From Candidatus Freyarchaeum deiterrae (GTDB taxonomy: Archaea; Asgardarchaeota; Jordiarchaeia; Jordiarchaeales; Jordiarchaeaceae): a stretch of DNA of 64,000 bases. Made by a program: the position numbers and the translations under genes. The notes under the pieces are model-generated. The model was not told where the DNA came from. It worked only from the letters and a program-made list of their open reading frames with translations, and ran no database searches. This document shows positions 61,568-64,000 of this stretch, piece by piece. The stretch spans positions 1,280,001-1,344,000 of the forward strand of contig CP147778.1 of NCBI GenBank assembly GCA_037305845.1, in the 5' to 3' direction. Numbering within the stretch: position 1 is the stretch's first letter; each line of letters opens with the position of its first letter.

Positions 61568-62843
61568 TCCTCACTTTAATCGATTCTGCGTGGGCAGGTA
61601 AACCCTCAAAGTCAGCCATAGTAATTACGGTTTCGGCCAATCCCTTGAGACCGGAATAGGAGCATTCAACCACGCTAATAGTTTTGATGAAGCTTTGAGA
61701 GGATAAGCCTGAGTATGATTTGGCGAACCCTCCAGTGGGTAGAACGTGGTTGGAGCCGGCGGAGTAATCACCCACAGCAACTGGAGAAAATGGGCCTAGA
61801 AATATGGCTCCAGCATTTTTAATTTTTGGTAACAGAGATTTAGGAGACGTTACCTGAATTTCTAGATGCTCAGGAGCATAGGCGTTTGAGAATTCGACTG
61901 CTTTATCCAAATTATCTGCAATCAGAATCCATAGATTTTCTAAAGATTTCGAAAGTATATCTTTACGTGGAAGATTCTCCGAGAGCTGTTTGATGTATTC
62001 CTCAACTTGGAGGGCGAGGTTCTTTGAGGTGGTGATAAGTATTACTTTGGCTTGGGGGTCGTGTTCAGCCTGTGAGAGTAGATCCGCTGCTATAAACTTG
62101 GGGTCTTCCTCATCGTCTGATATTATTAGCAGTTCGCTTGGACCCGCGGGAAGATCTATCTTTACGTCTCTACTAACTAAAATTTTTGCAGCCGTAACGT
62201 ATATGTTTCCTGGACCGAATATTGCTTCCACTTTTGGAATCGTATCTGATCCGTAAGCCATGGATGCTATTGCTTGGGCGCCTCCCACTCGGTAGATATC
62301 TGAAACCCCTGCCTCGTGGCATGCCATGAGAATCGCAGGATTGACTGTTCCGTTTTCTTGAGGGGGTGTGCAGACTATTATCTGTTCTACACCAACCAGT
62401 CTAGCTGGGACGACGGTCATTAAAACCGTTGAAGGGTAGGCTGCCCTGCCGCCGGGTACATAAATTCCGACTCTTTCCAATGGTCTAGTTATCTGAGAAA
62501 CAGTAACTCCTGATTGTGTCTTACAGGAGAATTCGTTTATCTGCTTCTCGTGGAATTTTTTAATATTATTTATGGATTTCTTGATGGCTTTGAGCAATTT
62601 TTCTGATACTTTTTGGTAAGCAGAATTAATCTCTTCTTCGGAAACTCTGAGCTTTTCTTTTGAAAGAGTTACGCCATCAAATTTTGAGGTGTAATCGATA
62701 ACCGCTTCTTCTTTTCTTCGCTTTACATCTTCCACTATACCTTGTACAGTTGGAAATATTTTCTCTAGGTCTAAATCATAGCGGCGGATTATTGTTTCCT
62801 TTTCATTACTAGTAAGCGAATCCAAATCTCTTATTTTCATCAT
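61551..62843 (-). CDS. hisD: Histidinol dehydrogenase
   Basis: YVPGGRAAYPSTVLM, GGAQAIA, GPGNIYV, AGPSE, QAEHD, APEHLE, NHVLPT. Confidence 0.97.
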   Translation of the reverse strand: MMKIRDLDSLTSNEKETIIRRYDLDLEKIFPTVQGIVEDVKRRKEEAVIDYTSKFDGVTLSKEKLRVSEEEINSAYQKVSEKLLKAIKKSINNIKKFHEKQINEFSCKTQSGVTVSQITRPLERVGIYVPGGRAAYPSTVLMTVVPARLVGVEQIIVCTPPQENGTVNPAILMACHEAGVSDIYRVGGAQAIASMAYGSDTIPKVEAIFGPGNIYVTAAKILVSRDVKIDLPAGPSELLIISDDEEDPKFIAADLLSQAEHDPQAKVILITTSKNLALQVEEYIKQLSENLPRKDILSKSLENLWILIADNLDKAVEFSNAYAPEHLEIQVTSPKSLLPKIKNAGAIFLGPFSPVAVGDYSAGSNHVLPTGGFAKSYSGLSSQSFIKTISVVECSYSGLKGLAETVITMADFEGLPAHAESIKVRIANEK

Positions 62844-62951
62844 TTAAAGCACCAACCGTTCAATTCTCCCTCTAACTTATTGACTCGGAAATAATTTAAC
62901 ACATAAACTCAAAAAACGTTCCCAATTCAAAAAGAAGAAAAGATTAACCTT

Positions 62952-64000
62952 TCAAACTAAATATCGCTTTCGCCTCTCGAAATATTTTACTAGATCTATA
63001 CGGTTTAGCAGTTTTTGTGTAGAGTTCCTCATATCTTTAACTAACACTCCTTCCTGTTTGTATTCTGTTTCTCCAGCAATAATCACGTAGCGTATTCCCT
63101 TCTTATTTGCATAATCCAATCCTTTTTGTAGCTTCCTTTCCATGATGTCTGTTTCTACGGGCAAGTCTATTTCTCTTAAATCCATTGCTATGTTTATTGC
63201 TTCTTTTTTGCTTTCTCGGTCTGTGTATGATACAAATATTTGAGGCCTCTTTTTTAAACCGAAGTCGAATTTTCGTTTTTCTAACGCTAGATGACAGCGA
63301 TCCACACCTATAGCAAACCCAGTCGCCGGAATGGCTCCCCCGCCAAACTGTTCCACTAATTCATCATAACGTCCACCGCCTCCAAGCGCTATTCCCAGAT
63401 CTGGAATAAAACCCTCAAAAACTGCCCCAGTATAATAGTCAATTCCACGAACTATACCCAAGTCCAATGTAACGTGGTCAAAATATAGACCGTACAGGTC
63501 GAGAATTTTAATTATATCGGATATATTATCTATACAGTTCTTAACCTTCTCGCTTTGAACCATATTACGAATCTTATTTATGTCTTCAAGATATCCATGA
63601 AGTTTTGGAAGTGTCCGGAAAACTTCCTTCATACTAGCACTCAGCTCAACCTCACTTAATGCTGCTTCTAATCCCGTTTCGTCTTTCTTGTCGATACTCC
63701 GTCGAATAGCAGCTGCTTCTGTTAGAGAAATGCCTGCCTCTTCAACGATAGCTTTGAAGAGACCCACATGACCTAGCCTCACTCTAACCTCGTTTAGTCC
63801 AATGCGTTTAAGAGTGTTGATAAACATAGCTATCACCTCCGCATCGGCATCGGGTAGACTACTCCCATACAACTCGACGCCAGCTTGCCAAAATTCTCTC
63901 TGACGACCAGATTGAGGTTCTTCATACCGAAACATTGGGGATAAATAATACATTTTCATTGGAAGAAGATGATTCTTAAGCTGAGTGGCTACCATACGAG
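62952..64000 (-). CDS. hisS: Histidyl-tRNA synthetase (5' end outside the window)
   Basis: FRYEEPQSGRQREFWQ, RGIDYYTG, GGGRYD, GFAIGVDR, plus C-terminal anticodon-binding domain (LDYANKKGIRYVIIAGE). Confidence 0.9.
   Translation of the reverse strand, partial: RMVATQLKNHLLPMKMYYLSPMFRYEEPQSGRQREFWQAGVELYGSSLPDADAEVIAMFINTLKRIGLNEVRVRLGHVGLFKAIVEEAGISLTEAAAIRRSIDKKDETGLEAALSEVELSASMKEVFRTLPKLHGYLEDINKIRNMVQSEKVKNCIDNISDIIKILDLYGLYFDHVTLDLGIVRGIDYYTGAVFEGFIPDLGIALGGGGRYDELVEQFGGGAIPATGFAIGVDRCHLALEKRKFDFGLKKRPQIFVSYTDRESKKEAINIAMDLREIDLPVETDIMERKLQKGLDYANKKGIRYVIIAGETEYKQEGVLVKDMRNSTQKLLNRIDLVKYFERRKRYLV

Noticed and set aside
809-62256. Many short antisense or nested ORFs in the track, and orphans such as 809-991, 12364-12613, 37849-38058, 41742-41954 and 53650-53844
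   Set aside because: They are shadows of well-supported genes or lack any recognisable motif; some may be decayed gene remnants but I cannot assign them
62952-64000. HisZ rather than HisS
   Set aside because: It keeps the C-terminal anticodon-binding domain and intact motif 2/3 and GGGRYD

Overview
Archaeal chromosomal window (AT-rich, TTG/GTG starts, GGTGA/GGAGG ribosome-binding sites, BHB-type tRNA introns, SepCysS). An Asgard-like lineage is plausible but cannot be proven from the sequence. About 1-46.3 kb is a large, actively remodelled surface-glycan locus. It holds two flippases, many GT2/GT4 enzymes, two tandem GT-C-like membrane proteins, GDP-fucose (gmd-fcl), UDP-glucuronate (ugd) and 3,6-dideoxyhexose (rfbH, rfbE-like) enzymes, methyltransferases, gene fragments, IS5 relics and three recent duplications. 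Inside it is a PAPS-generating operon (RHH protein-sat-DHH phosphoesterase-AlkP-superfamily enzyme-cysC) next to two further AlkP paralogues, with no reductase and no canonical sulfotransferase, suggesting an unconventional glycan-sulfation system. At 46639-46821 is a tRNA-Cys(GCA) gene missed by the ORF track. It is split by FOUR non-canonical introns, each in a BHB-like motif, and lies directly upstream of SepCysE and SepCysS. The rest is housekeeping: LeuA-family synthase, Zn-ADH, truncated TFS/RpoM-like protein, ilvE, HAD, and hisS-hisD-hisC-HAD-hisB-hisH-hisA-hisF-hisIE. All calls are from motif recognition by eye; no searches were run.
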